The notes under the pieces are model-generated. The model saw only the letters and a program-made list of their open reading frames with translations, was not told where the DNA came from and did no database searches. The position numbers and the translations under genes are program-made. Shown here in pieces: positions 38,783 to 49,294 of a stretch of DNA of 64,000 nt. Position 1 is the first letter of the stretch. Every line of letters begins with the position of its first letter. The stretch is from a virus. The DNA is taken from the IMG/VR virus record IMGVR_UViG_3300048919_000265. One strand, 5' to 3'.

Positions 38783-39049
38783 TAGTTCACTCCTAATTTA
38801 CAAAGTATTAAGGTTGGTAACTCATAAGAAATCAGGATAAGTGTGTTACTTACTTTAATGTGTCAGGTGCTCGTCCGTCATTCTTTATACAGACACCATT
38901 CACGTTGCCCAGAAACAAGTTCTAAATAAATGGATTTTAAAGGTTCCACGGATGGACTATCCCAACCCAACCAACTAGCGCAAACATCGTCTGAATATTC
39001 CATCCAAATATCCATAAGGAATAGGAGGCTTCCTGTGTCCATGACTTAA

Positions 39050-39324
39050 TGACTTTGTAGGTACTGGCTCGCCCATCCCTACAAAGTCAATTATTTCTCT
39101 TGGCATATCTCCCCTAGCATAGTAAATACCTTACTTATCCAGATTACCATCTTTATCATAGGTAGGAATAAATATTGCCGCAAACAAATTATTTTCCCCT
39201 ACAATCGCCAGCCTTCAACTATTATCGTCTTCTAAACAGAGGCAATCACTGTACCCAGCGGAGGAGAGTCACTGCACTCCTACAGTGATTGCCTCGGGTT
39301 AGAAGGTGAACTGTAGTTCACCTT
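39050..39324 (-). ncRNA. Candidate multi-hairpin structured element overlapping a decayed reading frame
   Basis: Perfect stems of 9, 15 and 12 bp plus two imperfect stems within 275 nt. Confidence 0.4.
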
Positions 39325-39350
39325 AATTTATGTTATTGTCTATACCCTAC

Positions 39351-39533
39351 TTATAAGTACTGCTGCTCTGCCCGCTCATCCCAATCAATGCTATCATGTT
39401 CTTCTGTACATGTAACACACCAAGGTCTCCCTACTGCATCTAACATAACTGTACCATCTTCCCGCTTAGCTTTATTCGTCTCTGTAAGTTTGACCCTACA
39501 AATAGCACAATGGTCGTCCTTCATTCCCATCAT
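39351..39533 (-). CDS. Small Zn-finger protein
   Basis: CAIC...WCVTC; RBS AAGGAGG. Confidence 0.65.
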   Translation of the reverse strand: MMGMKDDHCAICRVKLTETNKAKREDGTVMLDAVGRPWCVTCTEEHDSIDWDERAEQQYL

Positions 39534-39542
39534 CTTGCCTCC

Positions 39543-40232
39543 TTAAGTTTCGTCCAACCCTACAGGATAATGATATTCAATTTCAAACCCTTTATCGGTC
39601 TCCACAACATTGGTCACTACATAAGCACCTGAATAAAATTCTATATCCAAATGAACGGTACTACCTAGGTACGGAGGACAGTACTTTTCATACTTCGCAA
39701 CCTCTTTTTGCCTACCATGATACTCAGTGTTCAAAATTCTGGTAACTTCAACTGGTTTAAATTCACCTGTCACCACGGCATAATCTTCATGGTCCACCAT
39801 ATCATTATCATCAAAACCGACAGGCTCAGCAAAGGTTATCGAGTATTCATTGTATATCGTTTCACACGTCCGTATACTATTCACCTCTATAGATTCCCAA
39901 GGTGCATCAGGTGCAAGCACCACTACTGTCTCTCCCACATTTGCTTTGCGCTTTTCCAAAACCAGTTTACAAAAATTATTATTATAAGGATCGACTTTTT
40001 GTTCACATCTTCCAAGTGTCTTTCTCATGGTGTCTAACACATATAGTCTACCACTGATACTAAGATATATGACTTGGGAGCCCTTGTTAATTTGATACAT
40101 AAGGCGATTGGAAAGATACTCTTTCTGTAATTCTAATGTAAAAGTCTTAAGTAAGTCTAGTACTTTACGTTTACCATAAAAATGATACATCTCTTCCATA
40201 CTGAAATCCGTCATAAATGATGCCTCTACCAC
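39543..40232 (-). CDS. Hypothetical protein
   Basis: 229-aa ORF. Confidence 0.7.
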   Translation of the reverse strand: MVEASFMTDFSMEEMYHFYGKRKVLDLLKTFTLELQKEYLSNRLMYQINKGSQVIYLSISGRLYVLDTMRKTLGRCEQKVDPYNNNFCKLVLEKRKANVGETVVVLAPDAPWESIEVNSIRTCETIYNEYSITFAEPVGFDDNDMVDHEDYAVVTGEFKPVEVTRILNTEYHGRQKEVAKYEKYCPPYLGSTVHLDIEFYSGAYVVTNVVETDKGFEIEYHYPVGLDET

Positions 40233-40236
40233 AAAA

Positions 40237-40857
40237 TCACTCCCTAAACAATTTAATCTCTAAAAGCTCTCCTGCAGCATCTTCATCTAAAGTCATGCAG
40301 TCCCCTTCCTCCTGTAACTCTCTTTCTTGCAAAGTTAAAATTCTTCCATTCCATCTAGATTCCAAATAGCTAATTTCTTTAAGAAATGTATCTTCATTGC
40401 GGCACCCTGTTATATCATTAAGAAGTTCTGCTGCATGGGAGTATCCTTTAACACTCGGATAACCTAGATAATATGTCAACTTTAAACCATGCCCGCCCTC
40501 TGATTTGCTTGGTTGTGCATATCTGAGCGGAACACATTTATACTCTTTCAAGAAATCCAATGTTTCTGGTAACAAGACATTACCATATACCTCGTTAGTA
40601 CACACAGAAAAATTAACTTTAGGTAATATCTCTAATATTTTTCTGTACACTGGTAAAGCATTTAAAATAATAACATTACCATAACCATCATAAGAAAAAA
40701 TCGTATTATACTGTCTAACAGTATTTGGTTCCAGTTCGATCTTTAACTCCAACCGCAAATGACTATGTGAAGATTCAATATAAATATCTGCGGGAATTAT
40801 TCCTTCGGACGATAGAACTTCCTCTATAATTTTCATATCCTTAAAACTGAACCACAT
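40237..40857 (-). CDS. Hypothetical protein
   Basis: RBS AGGGAG. Confidence 0.7.
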   Translation of the reverse strand: MWFSFKDMKIIEEVLSSEGIIPADIYIESSHSHLRLELKIELEPNTVRQYNTIFSYDGYGNVIILNALPVYRKILEILPKVNFSVCTNEVYGNVLLPETLDFLKEYKCVPLRYAQPSKSEGGHGLKLTYYLGYPSVKGYSHAAELLNDITGCRNEDTFLKEISYLESRWNGRILTLQERELQEEGDCMTLDEDAAGELLEIKLFRE

Positions 40858-40889
40858 ATAATCACTCCCTATTTTTTAGATATATACTA

Positions 40890-41342
40890 TTAAATGCTAA
40901 GTTTGTGATCGAATAATTCAGAGACTACTTCCAAGCTTTCTGGCAAATTGATCATAACCGTTACCCCAATTCCTCTACTAAACTTACTCATGATTTCCAC
41001 TGCTTCTGCTGATTTCATCCAGTGACCCTCTGGTAATACCCCTAGGTCCATTATCCAAGCAATGGAGTTCATTTTTTCTTGCATTTCTCTTAAATCTTCA
41101 GCCCAAGTATCTAGATTGCACTCAAGAATTTCGTAAAATGTACTGTCTGCATCCGTAAAGAAAATGTTACTTCCCTCTTCATTCAATAGAGCCACCGTAT
41201 TTGTTCCAAACTTTTGTGAATGTTCGAACAGTTCCTCAGAACGCTTCTCTTCTGTTCCACCCTCTAATAAAATCATTCCCTTACCCACGTTAAAACTTCC
41301 TGTCATTTTACCAAATACTTCTATGTTTTTCATCATAATCAC
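40890..41342 (-). CDS. Hypothetical protein
   Basis: RBS AGGAG. Confidence 0.7.
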   Translation of the reverse strand: MIMMKNIEVFGKMTGSFNVGKGMILLEGGTEEKRSEELFEHSQKFGTNTVALLNEEGSNIFFTDADSTFYEILECNLDTWAEDLREMQEKMNSIAWIMDLGVLPEGHWMKSAEAVEIMSKFSRGIGVTVMINLPESLEVVSELFDHKLSI

Positions 41343-41351
41343 TCCTATTGA

Positions 41352-41609
41352 TTAAAAATAATCCTTAATTCCTGCAGACCAGCTAAAATCCCCACGTTCC
41401 TCACGTTGCTTAACTAAGGTTTTATAATTTTGTTTACGTGGAACCTTCAATCTCTGACAAATCTTACTATAATGTGTAAACTGAATACCCATACTCTTGG
41501 CTATCTCCGCACCCTTAAGAGGTAAATCTCTGTACTGCGTCAGGAGATCTCTTTGGTCTTCTTTGGGCATTTTCTTTATCTCTGAATACTCTAATATTAC
41601 GTAGTACAT
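41352..41609 (-). CDS. Small HTH-like protein, paralog of repeats in 19587-20465
   Basis: K.MP.E.Q..LL..YR......EIA..MG+....Y......L.V. Confidence 0.65.
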   Translation of the reverse strand: MYYVILEYSEIKKMPKEDQRDLLTQYRDLPLKGAEIAKSMGIQFTHYSKICQRLKVPRKQNYKTLVKQREERGDFSWSAGIKDYF

Positions 41610-41674
41610 AGATTAACTTCAGCTCCTAATATAAAAAATACCTATTAGTTTTATTACAATTAAATATTGTAAAA

Positions 41675-41711
41675 GCAGGAGGATGTAAAAGGTTTATAAA
41701 CATCCTCCTGC
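41675..41711. terminator. Bidirectional intrinsic terminator
   Basis: GCAGGAGGATG/CATCCTCCTGC flanked by AAAA and TTTT. Confidence 0.8.
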
Positions 41712-41716
41712 CTTTT

Positions 41717-43171
41717 CTAAAATGTCTTCATTGAACCCAGGGAAACTCTCTGCTTACGTTCAAACTCATCCACCAACGTCATACCTTCCTCAAGTTCAAT
41801 AAATACACTAGTTGCTAACGCCTTTGCTTCTGTAGAGGCTTGCTGGCCTGCAGGTAGTTTCCTAGTATAACGACCTATATGACGATTCTCTAATACATAA
41901 ACCCCTTTATGATTTTGAGGTCGTGCCTTCTCTTCGGGGAACGAGTTCCATTGATAAGGCTCCTCATACACAAAATTCTCCTCAGACATAACTTCATCAA
42001 AAAATCTTAAACCGGTTATGACATTAGAACGAATCAAAAATAGCTGATCCTCATCGAGGTGATCATATACCCTCATAAAATGATCCAATGATAAATCCAA
42101 CTTATCTAGGATTCCTAACCATTTGAACACCATTAATAGAACGATAGCATCCTTCTCATACATAAGAACTTTAAAAGATGACTCTATACTAGTCATGTCT
42201 ACAGGTATAAACCTTTTTACTTCCCCACAATAATAGTTTACCAGGAGATAATGTTCCTCGTAAGGTGTGAAGTTATGATACTCCCTCAAGGTTATTCTTG
42301 TAACTTCATCCTGTGGCTTTATAAATCTTATAGACACTCCCTTATCACGAACATAAATATTTCTAGTCTTTAAAACATCATCACCACAAAAATCTTCCGA
42401 GAGAATAGACCTAAACAAGACATATACAGAAGACTGACCTGAGGTGGTCTCTTCCCTTTCCCATGTTATATACGAAAATAAACTATTGTTTAAAATACAA
42501 CTACTTGTCTGTTCAAGATATACATGAGTAGAATAAGCATAATATAGTGAAATAGTACACTTATTAAACAAATCAATTACCTTTTCCTTAGTTAAATCAC
42601 GTAATGATGATAAAACTCCCTGCTTGTCTTTCCTATACAAGTAGGTCTTAAACTTAGTTATTTGTTTCGGGGAAAGCCGTACATTAGGATGTAACATACT
42701 TCTCAGACCTAATTCATGTAACTTTAATACGAGAGATAATTCATACTCAAGCACAGATATAGAATCCAAGAACACAGGATTATCCGAATACAACCCAATG
42801 AACATACCTCTATTATATCCAGTCAATATAAGTGTGACTAAACTCATTAGTGTACTATTACCTACGTTATTACGAAATCTTTTATTTAATAAAACATGTC
42901 TAACTGTTAGACAAAAATCTTTAACGGAAACCTCAGTGATAAATTCCTCTATTTTAACTAGCAACGTATCACTGGCCTTCGGAGTATCAGACAACATCAA
43001 AACAGTTAAATCATATAATCTAGAGCCTATACTTCCCAGGTCTAAAAATACAGAACAAGACACTAATACCGAATCTAGTTCCTCTTCCTTATTTTTATAA
43101 CCCCGACCTACATGTCCAGACCAGAATTTCATCAAACTCCTAAAAGTTCCTTCCCAGCGATCCACGATCAC
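41717..43171 (-). CDS. Large hypothetical protein
   Basis: 484-aa ORF; C-terminal R.LP.GQ.AS.EA..LA....I.L..G.T.V..F.R motif recalled from plasmid/phage hypotheticals. Confidence 0.75.
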   Translation of the reverse strand: MIVDRWEGTFRSLMKFWSGHVGRGYKNKEEELDSVLVSCSVFLDLGSIGSRLYDLTVLMLSDTPKASDTLLVKIEEFITEVSVKDFCLTVRHVLLNKRFRNNVGNSTLMSLVTLILTGYNRGMFIGLYSDNPVFLDSISVLEYELSLVLKLHELGLRSMLHPNVRLSPKQITKFKTYLYRKDKQGVLSSLRDLTKEKVIDLFNKCTISLYYAYSTHVYLEQTSSCILNNSLFSYITWEREETTSGQSSVYVLFRSILSEDFCGDDVLKTRNIYVRDKGVSIRFIKPQDEVTRITLREYHNFTPYEEHYLLVNYYCGEVKRFIPVDMTSIESSFKVLMYEKDAIVLLMVFKWLGILDKLDLSLDHFMRVYDHLDEDQLFLIRSNVITGLRFFDEVMSEENFVYEEPYQWNSFPEEKARPQNHKGVYVLENRHIGRYTRKLPAGQQASTEAKALATSVFIELEEGMTLVDEFERKQRVSLGSMKTF

Positions 43172-43195
43172 ACCTCCGAGTATCCCTTACATTAT

Positions 43196-43226
43196 AAGGT
43201 AAGAGGGAACATTTCCCTCTTACCTT
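43196..43226. promoter_or_regulatory. 14-bp perfect palindrome abutting TATAAT
   Basis: AAGGTAAGAGGGAA/TTCCCTCTTACCTT; minus strand continues into TATAAT. Confidence 0.55.
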
Positions 43227-43236
43227 CAGATATAAT

Positions 43237-44322
43237 TTAAAAACTATTCATGGTTTTCATATAATTATATTCGTCTGGATCTATATCCTTGAGAGTATTT
43301 ACCAGAGCATAAACCAAGTCTAAGTGTTGCTTAGCGTTTATAACCACCTTAGCGTTTATAATATCTGATCCCTCAGAACTTGTAACCAACCCCTCGGTAG
43401 GAATACCTACAGAACCCTTCTTACGTTTTGGATAAATATACATAAAATTAAAAGTCATATTTGCAAAAGCGAACAGAATATAAGGCAATCGTGACCACAT
43501 TACTCTATAGTAATCTTTGTTGTCCATATCACTTCTCTTATCTGTAATAACCTCTATATAAGTTTCAAACTCAATAACCAACCAATCCTTACTTTTAAAT
43601 TCTCTAAAAGCCACATAATTATCCGCATAAATCAATATGCCAATTAGCTTTTCCTCGGCCTCCCGCATCCCTGTTTCACAAGTAGATGCTCTGGAAACTA
43701 TCTTTCCCGCCGGAAGTTCTGATCGTACCTTCACAAAATCTTTGATTCGATCAAAATCAAAATCTTTGGTATAAGTCCTGCACATATCATTAGTATCATC
43801 CATAAACCGATTGAACTTGCTTTTATGCTCTTCTACTATTTCCCAAAATTCATCATATTTATTAACAGCCTCACATACATGGCTGAAAGCTATTAGAGGT
43901 TGGTACTCCTTCGGAAATTGAGCTGCCACCCCCAAATCACCTATAAGTGTGGTCTGAGAACTTCCATAGTCACCATTGCCATATTCGTCACCACTAACTT
44001 GAAAACGATACCCTCGGAAACAGCTCAAGAAAGCTGTTCTCCTAAAAGCAAACGTGGGAGGATCTCCGTCTAATAACTTTACTATACGTAGAAAACCGTT
44101 CTCCCCAAACCACATAGTCATTTCCTTAGAAGTAACCCCATCACTCAAATCATTCAATAAATAATCTTTCATATCAACTAACTGTTTTTTGTTCAACGTC
44201 AAATACCCATCTTCTTCTAACCATTCATAAATATCATCAACCGATAAATCTTTCTTTGGAAATTTAATTTCCTTCTGTTTCATAATCTCGGCCAAGTCCT
44301 TGACCATTTCTCCTTTAGTCAT
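43237..44322 (-). CDS. Hypothetical protein
   Basis: 361-aa ORF, RBS AGGAGG. Confidence 0.78.
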   Translation of the reverse strand: MTKGEMVKDLAEIMKQKEIKFPKKDLSVDDIYEWLEEDGYLTLNKKQLVDMKDYLLNDLSDGVTSKEMTMWFGENGFLRIVKLLDGDPPTFAFRRTAFLSCFRGYRFQVSGDEYGNGDYGSSQTTLIGDLGVAAQFPKEYQPLIAFSHVCEAVNKYDEFWEIVEEHKSKFNRFMDDTNDMCRTYTKDFDFDRIKDFVKVRSELPAGKIVSRASTCETGMREAEEKLIGILIYADNYVAFREFKSKDWLVIEFETYIEVITDKRSDMDNKDYYRVMWSRLPYILFAFANMTFNFMYIYPKRKKGSVGIPTEGLVTSSEGSDIINAKVVINAKQHLDLVYALVNTLKDIDPDEYNYMKTMNSF

Positions 44323-44426
44323 AAAGAAGTCCTCCTAAAATTTATTTAGAGCTAAGCTCCACAGGTGTGTAGATAATTCCACAGTAACTCTACACCCCTA
44401 GCAACCAAGCTAAATCTAAACATTTC

Positions 44427-45185
44427 TTAAAACAAATTCATCTTACCCATCACCACAACGTACTCTATACTCAATCCTGTTGCAGCGTACTTCTGGGAAA
44501 AATCAGCCAGGCGTTTTTCTAATTCAATCTTAGTAGTAACAGATACAGGTACTTTAATTAAAACTTTAAGATCTCTGTCAGTCACACATAAGTTCATAAC
44601 GTCTCCTAATACAGGTAAAGTTAACTTCACCTTATAATACCCGGGCCGTACCATAACACCGTCTTCTGCATTCACTTTTAAAGGTTCTATTATATAATTA
44701 AAATCACTTATACAGTCATCAGAGAAAGAAATAGAAGCACCTTTGGGTAGTATGTACCTATAATCGAATTCAGAAGAAGGTACAATCTTAACCTCTCCCA
44801 CTGAGATTAACCAATTTAGGTCAATACAAGGAAATACAACTGCATACTCATAACTATTATGTGTTAACCCTATTTTAACTAACTCAGAAGGAACTTCTAA
44901 CTCTAGTACCTTGAGATTACTGAGTCCTTTCGAGCCCAAAGACATTTCACACCTGAACCTCTCGAGGAGTGTAGAATCTAAGAAATCAATAGGGCGGAAC
45001 CCGTCTTCATATTTTGAAGAAAATCCCCACACCGGAAATTTACCTCCTAATTGCTCCATATCACTTTCATAATTTCTTTTTTCCCTGCAAAGATTTGGGG
45101 TGGGTAGATAAATCTTACTCCCCTCAAGAATAGAAACTACTTCTTCTGATTGGAAAGATATAATTCGCATAAATACAACCTCCAA
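44427..45185 (-). CDS. Hypothetical protein, N-terminus DUF3841-like
   Basis: +SFQ...V..IL, FPVWGF, LELEVP..LV pattern. Confidence 0.5.
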   Translation of the reverse strand: MEVVFMRIISFQSEEVVSILEGSKIYLPTPNLCREKRNYESDMEQLGGKFPVWGFSSKYEDGFRPIDFLDSTLLERFRCEMSLGSKGLSNLKVLELEVPSELVKIGLTHNSYEYAVVFPCIDLNWLISVGEVKIVPSSEFDYRYILPKGASISFSDDCISDFNYIIEPLKVNAEDGVMVRPGYYKVKLTLPVLGDVMNLCVTDRDLKVLIKVPVSVTTKIELEKRLADFSQKYAATGLSIEYVVVMGKMNLF

Positions 45186-45336
45186 TTAATATCCAGTAAA
45201 TGCCTTTATTCGTCGAGACATGCCCGAAGATCAGTAAAGCGTGTTAATTATAAAACTAAACAGACGAACCTATCCTTCCTGTTTCCCATGATAGAATAAA
45301 CCCTATTCCTGATAGTATAGGGTTCAAAATGGTTCC

Positions 45337-45948
45337 TTATTTCTTGTTAAATGTATCTTCTGCTAACTTCTTCAAATATTCGTAACTCCCCAAGTGCTCC
45401 GAACCATTCAATCGTGTTGGATCGTCAAACAACGTTAATGAATAAGAATAATCTTCGTGTTGCCATAATTGTGCACCAATAGCACAGTCAACAAAGTACT
45501 GCTCTACAACCCTTGAATCTCCAAACTGATCGTTTAGTGGAATGTGTTCCCATCTACCCTTAGTGGCTGTATTTGAAGACTCAGTAGGTTTATTCTCTCG
45601 GGTAGCGGTTGTTACGGGCCATTGGAATTTCTCACCTAGGATGTCTTCAAATAGATCATGGAGTTTTCCTTCTTCTTCCCCAAACTCTAGGATGAATAGA
45701 CTGATAACTGTCTTTCGCTCCTCGTCGGTCAAGGATTTTAAGAAAACTTCTTCTAATTCAAGAGAATATCTCGAATTTTCAAAATCCCAAGAAGCTTCGT
45801 GCTTGTCTCTTGATTGAAACCATTTTATTATTACGGATCGTTCTATATCAGATATTTTTACCTCTTCATTAGTGTCTTGTGGACCAATAACCTTCGATTC
45901 TTTCTTAGTTGGAAATGAATTCATTTCTTTCACATAAAAGCCTCCCAA
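45337..45948 (-). CDS. Hypothetical protein
   Basis: 203-aa ORF; start uncertain. Confidence 0.7.
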   Translation of the reverse strand: MGGFYVKEMNSFPTKKESKVIGPQDTNEEVKISDIERSVIIKWFQSRDKHEASWDFENSRYSLELEEVFLKSLTDEERKTVISLFILEFGEEEGKLHDLFEDILGEKFQWPVTTATRENKPTESSNTATKGRWEHIPLNDQFGDSRVVEQYFVDCAIGAQLWQHEDYSYSLTLFDDPTRLNGSEHLGSYEYLKKLAEDTFNKK

Positions 45949-45978
45949 AATAAAACTATCTCCTGACTCACTGCAAAA

Positions 45979-46746
45979 TCACTTTAACAAACCCACAACA
46001 TCTTCATCTGTAAGAAATAAATCCCGAGACACCTCATAACTAGATAAGATGTCATTAATCTCTTCCAACGAAAGAAGATCATAATGGTTCTTCATCATAC
46101 CGCTGGCTCCGTGAGTTGTGGATTCATACGCTTGTGCTTCTATAAAACTAGTGGGATTACGTTTTAGGTCCTCTACAAACTCTATAAAGTAATCCGCGCG
46201 ATCAGTAACTGTACCCAATCTCGCTGTGTTATAATGTATGAAGGCTTTATTATCCCAGCAGGAAAAGTGTATAGACTCAAAAATCTTTTCATCCTTCCTT
46301 CTGCCCAACGACACTGGAATTGGATCAATTGGGAAGTTATATTTGGTCCACATATTAGATATTTCTCCATTTGGAATATCCAGCAGTGGCGGCAGTCCCA
46401 GTTCTTTTATAACCGAACTCAATGAATCATCATCTTCCATAGAACTGGCAGAATAGTCATTCCACTGGGCAGAGTCAAGTTCGTCTTCTACCAGAAAGTT
46501 AGTGATAACAGATAACTTTTTATTATCCTCCACTTCTGATATCATAAGTGGAATATCGTCCCTGGCTAGAGTGGTAGTCAGTATACACTCCAATCCTGTA
46601 TGTAAAACTGCGACTTCGATCTCTTTTCCAGATTCCCTGTAATAATGACCATATAATTCCTGTACCCATTCTTGGTTAGACAATTTAATGCCCTTCTTAA
46701 AACTTGTCGTTTCTTTCATATCTAGTTCCTCCCATAGTTTCTTCAA
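45979..46746 (-). CDS. Hypothetical acidic protein
   Basis: 255-aa ORF. Confidence 0.72.
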   Translation of the reverse strand: MKKLWEELDMKETTSFKKGIKLSNQEWVQELYGHYYRESGKEIEVAVLHTGLECILTTTLARDDIPLMISEVEDNKKLSVITNFLVEDELDSAQWNDYSASSMEDDDSLSSVIKELGLPPLLDIPNGEISNMWTKYNFPIDPIPVSLGRRKDEKIFESIHFSCWDNKAFIHYNTARLGTVTDRADYFIEFVEDLKRNPTSFIEAQAYESTTHGASGMMKNHYDLLSLEEINDILSSYEVSRDLFLTDEDVVGLLK

Positions 46747-46766
46747 CTACTTATGTATAATAACAA

Positions 46767-46810
46767 AATTGGTGAGTAGAGGGTTTGTAATAACCCTCTA
46801 CTCACCAATT
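46767..46810 (-). terminator. Long hairpin terminator
   Basis: 19-bp perfect stem AATTGGTGAGTAGAGGGTT/AACCCTCTACTCACCAATT, T-rich tail on minus strand. Confidence 0.7.
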
Positions 46811-46822
46811 GTAATACAACTC

Positions 46823-47239
46823 CTAATCCCCAAACTTCAAAACATACACGAAAAATTCTACACTCTTATTTTCTGTATACTTACTTGCGATGACTAGAGT
46901 CCCTGCACCATCCCAGTAGTAATGATAATTGGGAAGCTCACAAGGAATCAACATCTCTTGCACAATGCCCTGTGAATGTAAACCAGTAACTCTAAAATAC
47001 TGTGCCTCATATGTTGCTATTCCTTTTAAAAAGTATTCTCCCCAAGGATTTTTAAGGAGTGATGAGAGAACAAATACCTCTACCGTACGTCCTTTAAATT
47101 TGTGCATAACAGAGGGAGAAATAATCGGATCTTTATTGTATGAAAGTGAGTTAAGATTAACAAGATTATTGTTTAGAAGAACCGTATCCACCTGGCCTTT
47201 GCTGACAGGGAAAAGTTTATTGTCTCTAAATTCTTTCAT
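46823..47239 (-). CDS. Hypothetical protein
   Basis: 138-aa ORF. Confidence 0.65.
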   Translation of the reverse strand: MKEFRDNKLFPVSKGQVDTVLLNNNLVNLNSLSYNKDPIISPSVMHKFKGRTVEVFVLSSLLKNPWGEYFLKGIATYEAQYFRVTGLHSQGIVQEMLIPCELPNYHYYWDGAGTLVIASKYTENKSVEFFVYVLKFGD

Positions 47240-47308
47240 TTATAGCACAAAACATACCTCCTTAAATGTCCTTATAAAACATTGCTTTTAGGTGATTATT
47301 AATACAGA

Positions 47309-47845
47309 CTAGTTTGAACCCTCTACAAAATTCCACATCTCTAAATTAAGTATACTGGCTAGTTCCTGTGCTAAAATGGATTCTTTATTTCCTACAAAAT
47401 ACCAACTATCTGCAAACCTGCCTTCAGATAATAAATAATTAATTTCTTCCGGTCCTATATTTTCCCACGAATCTCCCACTTCCTTCTCAAGAGTTAAAGG
47501 TTCCTTACCTGTGAGGCGTACTTTCCAGGGCACATTGTCCTTGTCAATAACTAGTGTAACCTGACCTACATAGAAAGAACTAAGGATTCCTTCTGTAGTA
47601 AAGCTATATGTCTTTTTAGTTGATTTTTCTATTCTAGATTGCATTTGTGGTATAGCTAGTTCTTTGGCTTCTGCTATGAGTTCAGGAATAGTTCTGCACG
47701 TAATAAAAGAGGAAGCTTGGACATTAATGCCTTCACCCTCAAGTATTGTGTTTAGTTCATGTATACTATTAATATTATCAAGTCTCCTAACAAACTTTAT
47801 GACATCTGGATGCTGAGCGCCACTGAAAAAGTTCATCTCGTCCAT
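47309..47845 (-). CDS. Hypothetical protein
   Basis: RBS AGGGGG. Confidence 0.7.
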   Translation of the reverse strand: MDEMNFFSGAQHPDVIKFVRRLDNINSIHELNTILEGEGINVQASSFITCRTIPELIAEAKELAIPQMQSRIEKSTKKTYSFTTEGILSSFYVGQVTLVIDKDNVPWKVRLTGKEPLTLEKEVGDSWENIGPEEINYLLSEGRFADSWYFVGNKESILAQELASILNLEMWNFVEGSN

Positions 47846-47940
47846 ATTACAACCCCCTGTTATACTTTATTCACTTGCAATATTATAAAAACAAAAGTGG
47901 TGGGTATCAGGTTTATACACACCCAATAACCGCCAATAAC

Positions 47941-48384
47941 CTACTTACCTGTATGTCCAAACCCGCCACTGCCCCGAACAGTTTCAGACAGTTCATTAAC
48001 TTTCTTTAGTTCCACTTCAGGTACCTCTTGAAAGACCATCTGCGCTATACGTTCATTTCTCTCGATAGTAAAACTTTCTTGACCTAGGTTAATAAGCAAC
48101 ACCTTAACTTCACCACGATAATCAGCATCAATCGTCCCAGGAGTATTCAAAACTGTCAAACCATGTTTATATGCTAACCCACTACGAGGACGGATTTGTG
48201 CCTCCAACCCTGCTGGCATAGCAATAGAAATACCTGTAGGAACCAATAACCGCTGTCCTGGTTTTAACTCTACAGACTCCGTAACTGCTGCATACAAATC
48301 AAATCCTGACGCCAACTCTGACATCTTTTCTGGGATTTTAACATCATCATTACCTGCTAACTTCTTGATTTCAACTGAGTGCAT
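47941..48384 (-). CDS. dut: Trimeric dUTP diphosphatase
   Basis: [41 protein letters not shown] motifs. Confidence 0.96.
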   Translation of the reverse strand: MHSVEIKKLAGNDDVKIPEKMSELASGFDLYAAVTESVELKPGQRLLVPTGISIAMPAGLEAQIRPRSGLAYKHGLTVLNTPGTIDADYRGEVKVLLINLGQESFTIERNERIAQMVFQEVPEVELKKVNELSETVRGSGGFGHTGK

Positions 48385-48442
48385 TTATGTTCCTCCTAAG
48401 TATTTACTTCATGTTTTGTATTAGATAACACAACAACCAACC

Positions 48443-48886
48443 TTAGAAATTCCCTAAATCATTCTCATATAAGATTACTATTTTCTCTTTAGGGTCTTGA
48501 GTAAGATTTTCTCTTTCAAACCAACATCTTGTTAACACACGTCGTAAGAGATGCCTAATTGTACCATCATAGCAAGGACCGAGAAGTTGCTTTTGTAAGA
48601 AATTGTAATAAAAATCTTCGTGGTTTGTCTTAACGTCGTTAATATAAAATAACAAATTAGCAAGACGTCTAGAGTCCACAATCTCTGCCACTTCATACTC
48701 AGCAATATCTTGACCAACCATATAATTTATAGTAATACAATTATAATTCAAATTCATAGCTTGCGCTGTAATAGCTAAGTCGTGTATTAACCCAGTACTT
48801 ACATGATCGCCAAACAACGTCACCTCTATATCCTTAGTAGAACTAATTGACTCTTCATAATTTTTCCAAGCTGACAACCAAAGCAT
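48443..48886 (-). CDS. Hypothetical protein
   Basis: RBS GGAGGGG. Confidence 0.7.
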   Translation of the reverse strand: MLWLSAWKNYEESISSTKDIEVTLFGDHVSTGLIHDLAITAQAMNLNYNCITINYMVGQDIAEYEVAEIVDSRRLANLLFYINDVKTNHEDFYYNFLQKQLLGPCYDGTIRHLLRRVLTRCWFERENLTQDPKEKIVILYENDLGNF

Positions 48887-48906
48887 TTAATCCCCTCCAA
48901 TCTTGA

Positions 48907-49236
48907 TCATCTGACATACCCTAATTCCATAAGAACTTTCTCTAATCTATCGAAATGTCCCTCGCCAAGGTATATTGCTGCCAATTTTAATTTACCATCA
49001 TCCCAAACTTTATCCAAATACATAGAGATGAATTCTCTAAACTCTTCATCAGTAAGATCTGATTTCAGTATATCTAATTCCAATTCTAGAACGGCTATAT
49101 CAAAATTAGGTGTAAGACTGCCATCCTTCTCCACATAAAAGGGGTCTTGATACGGCCTGATATCAGGCAACAAACTATATAATTTAATTAATAATTTATT
49201 GTAGGCATTAGATAGAAATTTCAAGAAATACCACAC
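48907..49236 (-). CDS. Hypothetical protein
   Basis: 109-aa ORF. Confidence 0.6.
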   Translation of the reverse strand: MWYFLKFLSNAYNKLLIKLYSLLPDIRPYQDPFYVEKDGSLTPNFDIAVLELELDILKSDLTDEEFREFISMYLDKVWDDGKLKLAAIYLGEGHFDRLEKVLMELGYVR

Positions 49237-49294
49237 CCTTAAATGATAATTTTATTAATTACACTTATTGAGCTAATGAGAATGTACTTATTTC

